From an uncultured virus (IMG/VR IMGVR_UViG_3300021376_000001) (taxonomy: Duplodnaviria; Heunggongvirae; Uroviricota; Caudoviricetes), in IMG/VR virus record IMGVR_UViG_3300021376_000001: a stretch of 64,000 bases of DNA. One strand, written 5' to 3'. The notes below the pieces were generated by a model. That model made no database searches. It was not told the origin of the DNA and saw only the letters and a list, made by a program, of their open reading frames with translations. Position numbers and translations under genes: made by a program. This document shows, one piece after another, positions 33,831-44,246 of the stretch (position 1 is the first letter of the stretch; the number at the start of each line of letters is the position of its first letter).

Positions 33831-34217
33831 ATGCTGATTGCTTACCGTCCCGAACTTGAAAACCCGCCGCGTGAGGCGAGTTTTGGAGTGATCACCGCAA
33901 AAGGGATGATCAGCCTCGCTCCTGGACTCAATCAGGAAATTCCTGATGATCAATGGAGTGAAGCCAAGAAGAATGCCACGGTTCAAGCTCTTTTGCGCAT
34001 TGGCGCATTAGAGGAACTGAAAGAACGAGTGGAAGTGGAAACAATTCCGCAAAGTGCTCAAGCTTTAGCGGAACTACCTCTTTCTCCAGCCATCCAAGCC
34101 ATTGAACTTATCCATGACGACGAAAAGCTCGCCGACTGGAAAAAGATTGAGGGTCGGGTGCGCGTCAGAAACGCCATTTCCCGTCGCATTGAGGCCATTC
34201 GCACAGGCAAGGCATGA
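33831..34217 (+). CDS. hypothetical head-associated protein
   Basis: Follows the capsid gene; C-terminal EGRVRV.NAI helical motif. Confidence 0.6.
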   Translation: MLIAYRPELENPPREASFGVITAKGMISLAPGLNQEIPDDQWSEAKKNATVQALLRIGALEELKERVEVETIPQSAQALAELPLSPAIQAIELIHDDEKLADWKKIEGRVRVRNAISRRIEAIRTGKA

Positions 34218-34525
34218 GCGTCACTTATTCGGGATTTCTCAATCGCTTTCCTGAATTCGCTCCTCATCCATCGGGGATTGTGAATGGGGCCATTGAGAGT
34301 GCCACCGCCGATGTATCAAACGATGTGTTTGGCAACCAGACCGACCGAGCAGTAAGATTTCTAGCTGCTCACATCATCTCCATCCAGCTTGCTCAAATGG
34401 GCGTGCAGATTGGAGCCACTGACGGGAAGGTTTATGGCAAGGGGCTTGATGCCACACTTTATGGCCAGGAATTTAAACGTCTCACCGAGGCTGCATCGTC
34501 TTCTCTGCTTGGTTTTGTTGTGTAA
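34214..34525 (+). CDS. head-tail adaptor (DUF4054-like)
   Basis: F..RFPEF, LAAH and T.YGQEF motifs. Confidence 0.8.
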   Translation: MSVTYSGFLNRFPEFAPHPSGIVNGAIESATADVSNDVFGNQTDRAVRFLAAHIISIQLAQMGVQIGATDGKVYGKGLDATLYGQEFKRLTEAASSSLLGFVV

Positions 34526-34914
34526 TGACTAATCCGGCTCCGCCACTTGCAAATGCCACTTTGGTATTTACTGTGGCCAGCGGATATGCAACAGACGCAA
34601 CAACCGGCAATTACGTTGAACTGACAACCAGCGGAACGTACTATGCCACTTTGAAGCAAAGCAGAGATTCACGATACGAACAACGCATTGGGGCCGATGA
34701 AACTGCCATCTATATGAAGGGTAGGCTTGTCGGTCCGCTTGCGTTTTCGGGAGTGCCCCCTGGAAGTGTGGCAGCGGCCACCATTGAAAATCAGGAGGGG
34801 CGTTTTGAACTACTCCCTACAACCGAAATGATCAATCATTATCGGCAGTTTCTGGGCACACCCATCCACGGCTACTTTAGAGTTGTTGGAGCAGGTAGTG
34901 TCTTGAATCATTAA
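34525..34914 (+). CDS. putative head closure protein
   Basis: Gene position and size. Confidence 0.55.
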   Translation: MTNPAPPLANATLVFTVASGYATDATTGNYVELTTSGTYYATLKQSRDSRYEQRIGADETAIYMKGRLVGPLAFSGVPPGSVAAATIENQEGRFELLPTTEMINHYRQFLGTPIHGYFRVVGAGSVLNH

Positions 34915-34938
34915 TCCACGCTCCTTCGCATTGCTTCA

Positions 34939-35523
34939 ATGGCTATCCAACATCCTTCACAAATCATTAAGAGCCAAGACACCATTGTGCGTGTTGGCGC
35001 TCTTTCGGGCATTGCTCGCCCGATTATCACTCCCGCCATTAGCGGCGTTCAAACTCGTCCCAGCTCAGGCGTTCCCTCCACGATGCATTACCTGGCAGGC
35101 GTGACCAACGCTACTGTCAGCATCAATGACAACGAGCAAGAGTATTATCTGCTGGGCAATGGCGGCTTTGCTGATAGCGTAAAAACCACCACTCGCGCTC
35201 AAGCCTCCATCACCACCTATTTCCAGAAAGATCTGGATTCCGCCATCGTCGACACTGATTACGACGAAGCGCTTGATGTCATTCTTCGCGGTCGTTGCGA
35301 GAAAGATTTTGAGCTGTACGTGGAAATCTTTAAGCACAACGGTGGTACCACTTACGATCTCACTTGCTTTGCGGCGACAGTGATGAACTACAGCGAGAGC
35401 TATCCTTCGGACAACCTCGTTGAGCTCACTTTCGACCTGATGAGCCGTGGTGCAGTTGGCGCAGGTCGCACAACCGTGTCGGGTACGATCATCCCTGGCA
35501 TCAACGGTGCGCCGAACACCTGA
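34939..35523 (+). CDS. major tail tube protein
   Basis: Position, size and beta-rich composition; followed by a terminator-like hairpin at 35550-35568. Confidence 0.7.
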   Translation: MAIQHPSQIIKSQDTIVRVGALSGIARPIITPAISGVQTRPSSGVPSTMHYLAGVTNATVSINDNEQEYYLLGNGGFADSVKTTTRAQASITTYFQKDLDSAIVDTDYDEALDVILRGRCEKDFELYVEIFKHNGGTTYDLTCFAATVMNYSESYPSDNLVELTFDLMSRGAVGAGRTTVSGTIIPGINGAPNT

Positions 35524-35578
35524 TTTTTCCTCTGCATTGTTCTTTCATCAGCCCCCCAAAGGGGGCTATTTTATTGAT

Positions 35579-35983
35579 ATGAACATCCTTGAACTGCGCA
35601 GCACATTGGAGCAATTGCTTTTTGACGTAGTGGGAAGTTACACGCTTCCCAATGGACAACAACGCTCTGCCGTGTATGTGGCTGGTAGTGCTGGGGTGCC
35701 GAAGGGATGGAAAGTAACGGGGCTGGAGGTGACAATGCGCCAGTATCCCAGGCAAGCATCAAGGCCGTTGATGGGAATTGTGCAAATCAACAAAACTTGG
35801 GAGGTGATGCTGGTGAACTACACGCCAGGTTCTTCAGTGCTGGAGACTGCCATTAATCGTATTTTGCGCCACTTCCCAGATGCCCGTGCCAATTATCAGG
35901 AATATAGTGACACTGCATATGAGCAATATCGCGTGCTCATCCCTGACATTGAAACCGCTACACAATACATGCGGCCGGAATGA
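35579..35983 (+). CDS. putative tail terminator/completion protein
   Basis: Gene position; ATG after the hairpin. Confidence 0.5.
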   Translation: MNILELRSTLEQLLFDVVGSYTLPNGQQRSAVYVAGSAGVPKGWKVTGLEVTMRQYPRQASRPLMGIVQINKTWEVMLVNYTPGSSVLETAINRILRHFPDARANYQEYSDTAYEQYRVLIPDIETATQYMRPE

Positions 35984-36216
35984 AGCTTTTGACAAGCGCC
36001 TGTGGCAGGGCTTGGTTTTTTAATGCGTCGTTAAGCAAGGGCACTTTGAAAGTGGGATTGGCCTGCTTTTTGCCTGGCTGTGAAAAGACCATAGAAGTGA
36101 GAAATAGGGGGAAAATATGGAGAGTGGAAGTGCCGAAAAGAGCGGTAAATAGCGTGATTCCAGTAAAGGTAAGCAATGCTAGACTCTCGATGCTTTTAGA
36201 GGGCTCACATGAGTAA
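35980..36216 (+). CDS. hypothetical protein
   Basis: Overlaps both neighbours. Confidence 0.5.
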   Translation: MKLLTSACGRAWFFNASLSKGTLKVGLACFLPGCEKTIEVRNRGKIWRVEVPKRAVNSVIPVKVSNARLSMLLEGSHE

Positions 36217-36745
36217 ATACTCATCCTTTTTCCTGGTTAGCAATACGTCCTATCAAAAGATTGGCGGCAAGATTCGCCTTCGTAAATTTGGTAGCTGGCT
36301 TGCTGAGGAGGCCTGGATCAAGGAAGAACAGGCTCAGAAGCGAGCAGTGTTTAGTCTGCGAGCTATTGAACTTGCTAAGCGCATTGCAGCGGAGAAGGGC
36401 ATCCCGGAGGACGAAGCCTTCCAGATTCTGCAGGGCGTGGGCGATGGCAAAGGCGAGGTAGTGAACGACTACACCGAGGAGATGACCACCTTGATGCAGT
36501 CAATGCCGTCTAATCGCGAACAGCTTGAACAGCTTGTGACGGTGTTCATGAAAAACCGTTGCGAGGTGATGCAGGGCAAGAAGTGGGAGCCCACGCCCGA
36601 CTGGTCTAATGAAGACACCAAGATGCTGCCCAAAAATTTAATTGATGAAATTGAGCGGTTTATGGTGGCGGAAGAAATGGCTGACACTGAACTGGACGAG
36701 CGTGATGAGCTAGAGGAAGAGACGGAGGAAGCCGAAAAAAACTAA
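36209..36745 (+). CDS. tail assembly chaperone (gpG-like)
   Basis: Ends GAA AAA AAC TAA (slippery A_AAA_AAC); upstream of the tape measure gene. Confidence 0.75.
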   Translation: MSKYSSFFLVSNTSYQKIGGKIRLRKFGSWLAEEAWIKEEQAQKRAVFSLRAIELAKRIAAEKGIPEDEAFQILQGVGDGKGEVVNDYTEEMTTLMQSMPSNREQLEQLVTVFMKNRCEVMQGKKWEPTPDWSNEDTKMLPKNLIDEIERFMVAEEMADTELDERDELEEETEEAEKN

Positions 36746-37149
36746 TTGATCGGCTTGCTGAGCAATGCGAAGCCACGTTGAACAATGCCACGGACTGGAC
36801 CATGGTTTATTGCCAACTGACAGCATTAAAGCTTGCCGATCCCATTTTCCACGCATCAAACTTCAGTAGGCTGCCAGTGAAGTTGATATGGGACATTTTG
36901 GATCACAATTCCAAAACCGTCCAAAGCCGTGTCAATGCAGAAAGCATTTCCACGGCAAAACTTGGTATGGTGGTGGTGTCTGCTCTTGGCGGAAAAGGAA
37001 CAAAGGCAAAGGTAAGTGACTTTTTGCCTTATGAAAACAAGGAAACTGGTGGCACTGGTGGAGCCACAATTGATGCAATTAAATGGGCGCTTAAAGCCAG
37101 AAGGTTGCCGCCGCAGGTGGTAGCAATGGTGGGTGCTGAATTATCGTAA
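36736..37149 (+). CDS. tail chaperone -1 frame extension (gpT-like)
   Basis: Open -1 frame from the slippery site to 37149. Confidence 0.7.
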   Translation, partial: KKLIDRLAEQCEATLNNATDWTMVYCQLTALKLADPIFHASNFSRLPVKLIWDILDHNSKTVQSRVNAESISTAKLGMVVVSALGGKGTKAKVSDFLPYENKETGGTGGATIDAIKWALKARRLPPQVVAMVGAELS

Positions 37150-37191
37150 AATGCTAGATTGTAGCGAGGATGTTGTTGCTCTTTCTCTGCC

Positions 37192-37710
37192 GTGACATAT
37201 CAAGTGAGGTTTGAGAGCAATGCTTTGCAGGTGGATAATGCTATTGGAAAACTTCTAGATGCTTTAAGTCGCACGGCAAAGAATGTGCAGCGTTCTGCAG
37301 GCGTGAGACTCAGGGAAGACGAAGTGGATAGGTTGATGGTGTTGCGCGGTGTTAGCACGCGCACTTTTGAATATGCGATGGACTGGGCTGATAATGATTT
37401 TGATCAGCAAATTATGGATGAAAAGTGGCAATGGAAAGGGCCTGGGGTGAAGACACGCCGGAAGAACGGGCAAATTGCCGGCGATCCTCGGGACATTGTT
37501 GACATGGGCACATTGCTACAAAGCAAGCGCCGTGAAACCATTAACGCTTCCATCACTGAATTCAACTGGGATGCACTGCATGCTGGCGGCGTGCATGATG
37601 GTCAAAAGTTCCGAGGAGGAGGTTCCAACCCGGCGCGTCCGTGGACAGACGAAACACTTGAAGACATTGAAGATGTGATTAAGACCATTTTTGATCGTGG
37701 GGGCAAATAA
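37192..37710 (+). CDS. putative tail completion protein (HK97 gp10-like)
   Basis: RDIVD.G.L..S, VHDG and PARPW motifs. Confidence 0.55.
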   Translation: MTYQVRFESNALQVDNAIGKLLDALSRTAKNVQRSAGVRLREDEVDRLMVLRGVSTRTFEYAMDWADNDFDQQIMDEKWQWKGPGVKTRRKNGQIAGDPRDIVDMGTLLQSKRRETINASITEFNWDALHAGGVHDGQKFRGGGSNPARPWTDETLEDIEDVIKTIFDRGGK

Positions 37711-40700
37711 TGGCACGCTATACAATTGATTTTTCAACCAATGCAGTCTCCGTTATTCGGGAGATTGAGAAGGTCAATCGCGCCATTGCTCAAGTGGCGC
37801 AAACAGGGCGCAGTGTTTCCATCAATCTGGACGCGAGCTCTCTGAAGACAAGTCTGAACACCACATTCAGGCAGCTTGACAGTGAAATAGAAAAGCTTGA
37901 GCGTAGGCTCAACAAACTGAAGATTGGTGAGAAGCCCTTTCGCAAGACTGCTGCATCGCTTGGCTACAAAGAAGGGCAAGCGCAATTAGGACGGATGATT
38001 GCGGAGCCTTTAAGGCTCCGTGGCCAAGCACAGTCGTTCACTGAAGGCTCCAGCGTTCGCCTGCAGAAGGAAATGCAGGCGCTTCAGATTGAAGCTTCCA
38101 TGGTGAAGCCCGCCAGTGAGCAGTGGGCAAATTTTCAGTCTCAGATTGGCCAAATCAATACGCAACTGCAGCGTTCGCAGGAGCTTGCTGGTCGGATTCA
38201 GCTTTCTGGAAGCCTGGGGGCTATGGCCCCAGGCAGCTTGAACCAACTGGAAACAAAACTGACGCTACTGCGTTCGCGAGCCAGGGAAATTTCGCCGGAC
38301 ACGACGGAATGGAAAAAGCTCAACCGTGAAATCCTCGATGCAGAGAAGAACATCGAAAAGCTGTCCAGGAAGCCCATCAGCGGCCGCCAGAGGCTTGGTG
38401 CTGCTGGTGGCGCCTTTCTCTATGGCGGCGGCATGGGAGGGGGCATTGGCAGCGCTCTGGGCGGCATTGCCGGCGGCCTTATGGGCGGCGTGCCTGGAGC
38501 CTTCACTGGAGCGGCCATTGGCCAATTAGCTGATGGCCTGGGGCAGTTTGCCGCTGGAGTGGCAAAGACTGTTGCTGAAGTCAACAAGTCCCGTATTGCT
38601 TTGGCTGGTGTGGTCAAGGACACAAAGGACTATGACTTTGCATTGCAAGCAGCCACTCAAGCAAGCAAAACATTCCTGCTTCCCATTGACCAAGCAACGC
38701 GGCAGTTCACAAAACTGCAAGCGAGCGTTGCTGGCGCTGGTTATCAAACCAGTGATACCAAGCAAGTATTCAATGGCATTGCCGCTGCAATTATTGCGAC
38801 TGGTGGCAGTACTGAAGACCTCAATGGAGCCTTAACTGCCACTGCGCAAGTGTTTAGCAAGGGCAAGGTGACTGCAGAAGAGCTGCGCGGCCAGATTGGT
38901 GAGCGCTTGCCTGGTGCTTTTACTATTTTTGCGCAAGCCATTGGCAAAACCCCTGCTCAACTGGACGAAGCTTTACAAAAGGGAGAAGTCAGGCTTAGTG
39001 ATTTCCTGAAGTTCACGCAAGAACTGACCAAGCGTTATGCCGAGACGGCCAAACAGCTAGGAGACGCACCTGAAAACGCGGGGGCGAGGTTGCAAGTTGC
39101 GCTCACTGCGGCAGCGGTTTCGTATGGCGGATTCTTTCAAGTTGTTGGCGCTGGCTTCCAAGACGGCATTACAGATGTTCTTAATTTTGCCCTTGCAAAT
39201 GAAAATGGGATTAAACGTGTTGTCACTGTTTTTGTTGCAGGCTTTGGCACGCTCCAGGGATTAATTCAAAAGTTTACCAAGTTCCTTGTTGATGCATTTA
39301 ATCAAGCGTTTACATATTTACTTAATAATCTTGAAACTGTTTTACAAAGAATTGAAGACGCAATTAACAGGGCAAGCGCTGCTTCGTCGCTGACTCCACA
39401 GAGAATTGACGATCTTCAGACGCAGGCAAGAAAAGCGACGGAGCAAAAGTACGGGGCGAAGGTTTTTGGGCTCAATACTGGTATCGTGTTGGATCAGGGT
39501 CCGGCTAGCACTTATTACAACCAATATTTCAATAACCTAATTGATCAGGCTACGCGGTCGCCAGGAAGAAAGAAATATACAGATGCGCTGCAAAATACTC
39601 TTTTCCCAGACTTCAAACCGTCCTCTTTTGGTGCTGGTTTGGGGAAAGGTGGAGTCCCTAGGGAGGGGACTGCCGGAGAGGGAGGCAAACCAAAAAAAGG
39701 CAAGAAAGAACGCGAAAGCATGGTGCCTCAGCTCCAGCTAGAGCTGGAGCTTTCCAAGCAGCTCTTTGAAATTGACAAGCTGATTGGCAGTGCAAGGCTT
39801 GCCGATAACACAGCGCTGGTCAGTGCGCTTGAGCTTCAAAAAACTCTTGCTGAAATTGCTAATCAGCGCAAGCAGGTGATGCTTGAGCAAATCCCGCCGC
39901 AAGAGCAAATGCTCAAGCTGCAGGATTTGAGCGTCAAGGCAGAACGCGCCATCCTTGAAAGCCGTCTCAAGCTGCAGCTTGATCTGCAAGCTGAACGCGA
40001 AAAGATGCAGGAGGACTTGGAGAAGATTACAAGCAGCTACCAGGAGGAGCTGCGTTATTCACAAATGTATAACGACTTGGTGACTAGCGGGATTAGTCCT
40101 GCAATTGCCAAGATTCGCATTGATGTGGCCAAAACTTTTGATGAGCACAAAAAGAATCTTGATACACAAATTGAACAATTGGAAGTGCAAAAGGCTTCTA
40201 TTGAGCTGCGCATTGCAGAACTAAATGCAATCAAGGCAAAAACACCAATGCAAGAAAAAGAACTTGCAGACGCGAAAGAGCGCCTTCGCATTCTCATTGA
40301 AGAGCTCAAGCTGCGAGGGCTTCTTAGGGGAGAACTGCCTGGAGCTCAAGCCGGTGCCACTGCAGCGGCCATTCAGGCCGCTGGGCCAAGGCCCGATAGC
40401 GTGCTGGCCGCTGAGGCATACGACGAAGCAAAGCGCAAGTTTGAAGAGCTCACCAACCCCGTCAACATGCTCACCACGGCCGCCCAGGGCCTGGGCAGCG
40501 CATTCTCTGATGCATTTAGCCAGGCCGTGACTGGATCAATGACAGCACAGGAGGCCTTGTCATCGTTCTTCTCCAATCTGGGCAAAATGTTCATTGATAT
40601 GGCTGCAGAGATGATCGCGCAGTACATGGTGATGAAAGCCATCGGGCTGATTGCCAGCTTCTTCCCTGGTGGAGCGAATATGGGTGGGGCTGGATATTTT

Positions 40701-41084
40701 GATCCTCTCACCGGCAGGGGCACTGCTGGCCCCAATTTTGGTCTGGCCAATGGTGGCATCATCAATGGCCACTTCATGCCCGTCACGCCATTTGCTTCTG
40801 GTGGCATGGTGACAGGCCCCACGCTTGGCCTGGTGGGTGAGGGACGCTTCAACGAGGCAGTGGTGCCTCTGCCGAATGGCAAGAGCATTCCAGTGGAGCT
40901 GGGAGGCGCCTCTGGCAATAACATCGCCACTAACATTACAGTTAATGTAAGCAACGGGCAGGCGCAGTCTCAGATGTCAGGCAGCGGCGGCAATAAGCTT
41001 GGTCGCGAGCTTGATGCTGCAGTTAAGGATGTCATTCTGCGTGAAGTTCGCCCTGGCGGCATTATTTATTCGTCTCGTCGTTAA
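37710..41084 (+). CDS. tape measure protein
   Basis: 1124 aa helical; QVFSKGKVTAEELRGQIGERLPGA; C-terminal FASGGMV..PT..LVGEG. Confidence 0.92.
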   Translation: MARYTIDFSTNAVSVIREIEKVNRAIAQVAQTGRSVSINLDASSLKTSLNTTFRQLDSEIEKLERRLNKLKIGEKPFRKTAASLGYKEGQAQLGRMIAEPLRLRGQAQSFTEGSSVRLQKEMQALQIEASMVKPASEQWANFQSQIGQINTQLQRSQELAGRIQLSGSLGAMAPGSLNQLETKLTLLRSRAREISPDTTEWKKLNREILDAEKNIEKLSRKPISGRQRLGAAGGAFLYGGGMGGGIGSALGGIAGGLMGGVPGAFTGAAIGQLADGLGQFAAGVAKTVAEVNKSRIALAGVVKDTKDYDFALQAATQASKTFLLPIDQATRQFTKLQASVAGAGYQTSDTKQVFNGIAAAIIATGGSTEDLNGALTATAQVFSKGKVTAEELRGQIGERLPGAFTIFAQAIGKTPAQLDEALQKGEVRLSDFLKFTQELTKRYAETAKQLGDAPENAGARLQVALTAAAVSYGGFFQVVGAGFQDGITDVLNFALANENGIKRVVTVFVAGFGTLQGLIQKFTKFLVDAFNQAFTYLLNNLETVLQRIEDAINRASAASSLTPQRIDDLQTQARKATEQKYGAKVFGLNTGIVLDQGPASTYYNQYFNNLIDQATRSPGRKKYTDALQNTLFPDFKPSSFGAGLGKGGVPREGTAGEGGKPKKGKKERESMVPQLQLELELSKQLFEIDKLIGSARLADNTALVSALELQKTLAEIANQRKQVMLEQIPPQEQMLKLQDLSVKAERAILESRLKLQLDLQAEREKMQEDLEKITSSYQEELRYSQMYNDLVTSGISPAIAKIRIDVAKTFDEHKKNLDTQIEQLEVQKASIELRIAELNAIKAKTPMQEKELADAKERLRILIEELKLRGLLRGELPGAQAGATAAAIQAAGPRPDSVLAAEAYDEAKRKFEELTNPVNMLTTAAQGLGSAFSDAFSQAVTGSMTAQEALSSFFSNLGKMFIDMAAEMIAQYMVMKAIGLIASFFPGGANMGGAGYFDPLTGRGTAGPNFGLANGGIINGHFMPVTPFASGGMVTGPTLGLVGEGRFNEAVVPLPNGKSIPVELGGASGNNIATNITVNVSNGQAQSQMSGSGGNKLGRELDAAVKDVILREVRPGGIIYSSRR

Positions 41085-41086
41085 TC

Positions 41087-41461
41087 ATGCCTCAACCTAC
41101 ATTGTTCTCAGGGGCTACAGCGGCCAGTGGCATTTTTGAATATGGCACTGCCGTTAAGCGAAGTGTTCGCGTTCGGCGCGTGGTATTTGGCAATGGCTAC
41201 GAGCAAGTGGCCCCTGATGGCATCAATTCTGATATTCGCTCATACGATTTACGCACTCGCCCTATTTCCAACACGCTGGCGCAACAAATTGATGATGCTT
41301 TTTCTAGCTTGAAGGGCGATTTTTTCTATGCGCAGTTCCCTCAAGACACTGCAGTGTACAAATATCGCCTTGAGCCCAATGATTGGACGTGGGAAGTGAT
41401 TGGGCCAAATGGGAATGTAATATCGTTCACGGTGAGGCGAGTGTACGATTTTCGCTCTTGA
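41087..41461 (+). CDS. minor tail protein M-like (distal tail)
   Basis: VRRVVFGNGYEQ..PDGIN. Confidence 0.85.
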   Translation: MPQPTLFSGATAASGIFEYGTAVKRSVRVRRVVFGNGYEQVAPDGINSDIRSYDLRTRPISNTLAQQIDDAFSSLKGDFFYAQFPQDTAVYKYRLEPNDWTWEVIGPNGNVISFTVRRVYDFRS

Positions 41462-41467
41462 GGCATT

Positions 41468-42922
41468 ATGGCGATTAAAGATGATGTGCTACTTAGCTGG
41501 CACGATTCCATTGTTGAGCTATTTGAACTAGATCTCACGCCAATTACAACTGGAGTGGGCGCTAACAAGTTTTATTTCACGAATCAAACTGATTCATCTG
41601 GCAATAAATTGCGTTGGAAGGCCACGGGGTCTGGCGCAACGCTTGTCACTTATGAACCGTTGCCAATTGTTGCAGAAGGTTTTGATCGAGGCACGAAAGG
41701 GCAAATTCCGCGCCCCACAATGACCGTTGCAAATATCTTCAATACATTCACGGAAGCACTGGGCGAGCTCGATGATTTAGTGGGCGCCAAAGTTGTGCGC
41801 CGTCGAACGCTGGCTAAATATTTAGGCGGCATGCCAACGGCAGATCTCAATTCAGAATTTCCCACTGATATTTTCTTTATTGAGCGGAAAATTGCAGAGA
41901 ACAATCAACTGGTGTCGTTTGAGCTTTCTAGTGCATTAGATCTGGAGGGGCTGGAGCTGCCCAAGCGTATCATCACTCAGAACTATTGCATTTGGGACTA
42001 TCGAGGGGCTGAATGTGGCTATGCAGGTCCTCCGGTAGCGGGAGTGGATGATGGACCGCCAGTACCATCTGGCACCACGTCTTCGCACCCAGCAGTTGTT
42101 GCTTATGTAACAGCAAGTGCTGCACTAGGCAATAGCAGGCGTGATCTATCTAGAGCTCAAGCTGCATACAACATTGCATTGAATCGTCGAACAGTTGATT
42201 GTTCAACAACTGGTGGCGGCGATAGCCAATTTAACCTCGGAAGCGCGACAGCGCCGGGATTTGTTCCTATTGAGTGGAGCTTTGCATTGTGCAGTGGCAG
42301 TTCCACCAATCCGCTCATGATTATGTGGCGTGGTGCATTTAAGACGGCCGCTGACACAAATTATGTTGCAAGCACTACGCGGTTTTCGTCAACATTAAAT
42401 AAGCCCATGTATGAAGTGAGGAAGCAATTGTCTGCCACTGTTAGTGGTACTCGCGTTATTGACCCGCTGGTGTGGGACGTGAGCAGTCGTTCTCGCGCCA
42501 CATTTGCCTTTCAAGATGACAATGGCAACTGGCTGGCCGTATGGAGTGGACAGTACATTGCGAGTCTTCCAGATGCTTTTTCTGGACTTGGCGTGTCTTA
42601 TAGCCGTGGAGGACAGCGTCTAACGGCGGCGACCAGCATTGGACCACTTCAATATGCAAAAGAACTAGATCCAGCCATTGCCTGCTCCACTGCAACAGCG
42701 GCTCTTGCAGTGGCTTCCGGCAGTCTTGTCACTGCCAGCGGCGCCTATGTGGCAGCCCAGGCGGCATTTGTTGCAGCTAGTGGAGCCTTAACTTCATCGG
42801 GCCTTTCTGCTGTGATTAGTGGTGCCGACATCTGCGGCAAGCGTGTTAGCAGTTGTCGCCTGCGCTTTCCGACATCGGCTCTACCATTTGGAGGCTTCCC
42901 AGGGGCCAATACACCACGATGA
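41468..42922 (+). CDS. minor tail protein L-like with large insertion
   Basis: VELFELD, DDLVGAKVVRRRT, C.W.YRG.ECGY and CGKRVSSCRLRF..LPFGGFPG. Confidence 0.88.
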   Translation: MAIKDDVLLSWHDSIVELFELDLTPITTGVGANKFYFTNQTDSSGNKLRWKATGSGATLVTYEPLPIVAEGFDRGTKGQIPRPTMTVANIFNTFTEALGELDDLVGAKVVRRRTLAKYLGGMPTADLNSEFPTDIFFIERKIAENNQLVSFELSSALDLEGLELPKRIITQNYCIWDYRGAECGYAGPPVAGVDDGPPVPSGTTSSHPAVVAYVTASAALGNSRRDLSRAQAAYNIALNRRTVDCSTTGGGDSQFNLGSATAPGFVPIEWSFALCSGSSTNPLMIMWRGAFKTAADTNYVASTTRFSSTLNKPMYEVRKQLSATVSGTRVIDPLVWDVSSRSRATFAFQDDNGNWLAVWSGQYIASLPDAFSGLGVSYSRGGQRLTAATSIGPLQYAKELDPAIACSTATAALAVASGSLVTASGAYVAAQAAFVAASGALTSSGLSAVISGADICGKRVSSCRLRFPTSALPFGGFPGANTPR

Positions 42923-43623
42923 TTAGCACTGAAAACAAAAGGCAAATTGTGGCACTTAGTCACTTGGCATTGCCTAATGAAGCCTGCGGCTTTGTTGTCG
43001 ATGATGAAGTGGTGCAATGTGAAAACATTCACGAATCTCCGACTACTAATTTTCGCATTGCTGCGGAAGACTACATTGCTGCCGAGGAGAAAGGAACAAT
43101 TAAGGCTGTATTTCATTCGCATGGCCCAGACCATCAGCCTCGTTTCTCGTCGCATGACGTAAGAGCTTGCAAACAAAGCGCCATTCCCTGGGTGCTGTAT
43201 CACACAAAGACTGGCAGTTTTGTCTGGGCGGACCCCAGCGGCAACATGCCCTATCTGGAAAGGCAATGGGTGTATGGAATTAATGATTGTTATGGGCTGG
43301 TGCGTGATTTTTACCGACGTGAATTTGACATTGTTTTAGATGATTTTGAGCGTGGCGATGAATATGAATGGGAGAGCCGTGACTGGCAGATGTTCGGCAA
43401 GAACTATTTAGATCAAGGCTTTTCGCCCATCGAAAAGCCCACACAGAAAGGGGACATATTATTGATGCAAATTGGGGCACCATTTCCCAATCATGTGGGC
43501 GTCATGTCTGGTGATGGCATGTTGTTTTATCATCATTTAATGGATCGCCTTTCTGAAGCTTCAGTGTGGGGCGGATTTTGGGCAAGCTCCTGTTGTCAAG
43601 TATTGAGGCATCATCTTCTATGA
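42919..43623 (+). CDS. tail assembly protein K-like (JAB + NlpC/P60)
   Basis: PNEACG, HSH..S.HD, DCYGLVRD and NHVG motifs. Confidence 0.9.
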   Translation: MISTENKRQIVALSHLALPNEACGFVVDDEVVQCENIHESPTTNFRIAAEDYIAAEEKGTIKAVFHSHGPDHQPRFSSHDVRACKQSAIPWVLYHTKTGSFVWADPSGNMPYLERQWVYGINDCYGLVRDFYRREFDIVLDDFERGDEYEWESRDWQMFGKNYLDQGFSPIEKPTQKGDILLMQIGAPFPNHVGVMSGDGMLFYHHLMDRLSEASVWGGFWASSCCQVLRHHLL

Positions 43624-44246
43624 CTAGCAGCGAGCAATGGGTGGATGTGAAATTGATCGGAGAACTGGGCCGTCGTTTTGGTCGCAGTCATCGCTTTTTT
43701 GTTCGCCATCCACGAGACATCATTTCTGCATTGTCTAGACAGATTGAAGGATTCAAGGACTATCTGTCTACTGCCCACGAGAATGGCGTGGCGTTTCGTC
43801 TCATCACTGATGATCCCAAAGGCATTGGCTATGAGCATCTTGAGCTTTCCTGCAAGCGCCTAGTCATTGCCCCAGTGATTGCTGGTGCTGGTGGCCAAGG
43901 GTTTTCTATTGGACAGATTTTGCTTGGCGTGGCTCTTGTCGCATTGGCCTTCATTCCTGGCGTTGGCATTGCCGCCTCTGGGGCATTAGCTGGCAAGATG
44001 ACAGCATTGGGCACCGTGCTGTTCTCCTTGGGTACAGGCTTGGTTCTTACGGGCATTTCCGGCTTGTTATCTCCTCAGGTGCAAACGCCAACAAGCGACA
44101 CATCCAAGAAGGAAAGTTTCATTTTTGATCGCTCCGTGGAGCTCACCACACAGGGCTATCCCATTCCATTGGTGTACGGCCAATATCTGGTGACATCTCC
44201 TTTGTACGTGTCATCTGCCATCAGTACGGAGGCGATCAGTGTCTGA
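43620..44246 (+). CDS. tail assembly protein I-like
   Basis: L.GELGRRFG, I.PVI.GAG and QG.PIPLVYG motifs. Confidence 0.88.
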   Translation: MTSSEQWVDVKLIGELGRRFGRSHRFFVRHPRDIISALSRQIEGFKDYLSTAHENGVAFRLITDDPKGIGYEHLELSCKRLVIAPVIAGAGGQGFSIGQILLGVALVALAFIPGVGIAASGALAGKMTALGTVLFSLGTGLVLTGISGLLSPQVQTPTSDTSKKESFIFDRSVELTTQGYPIPLVYGQYLVTSPLYVSSAISTEAISV

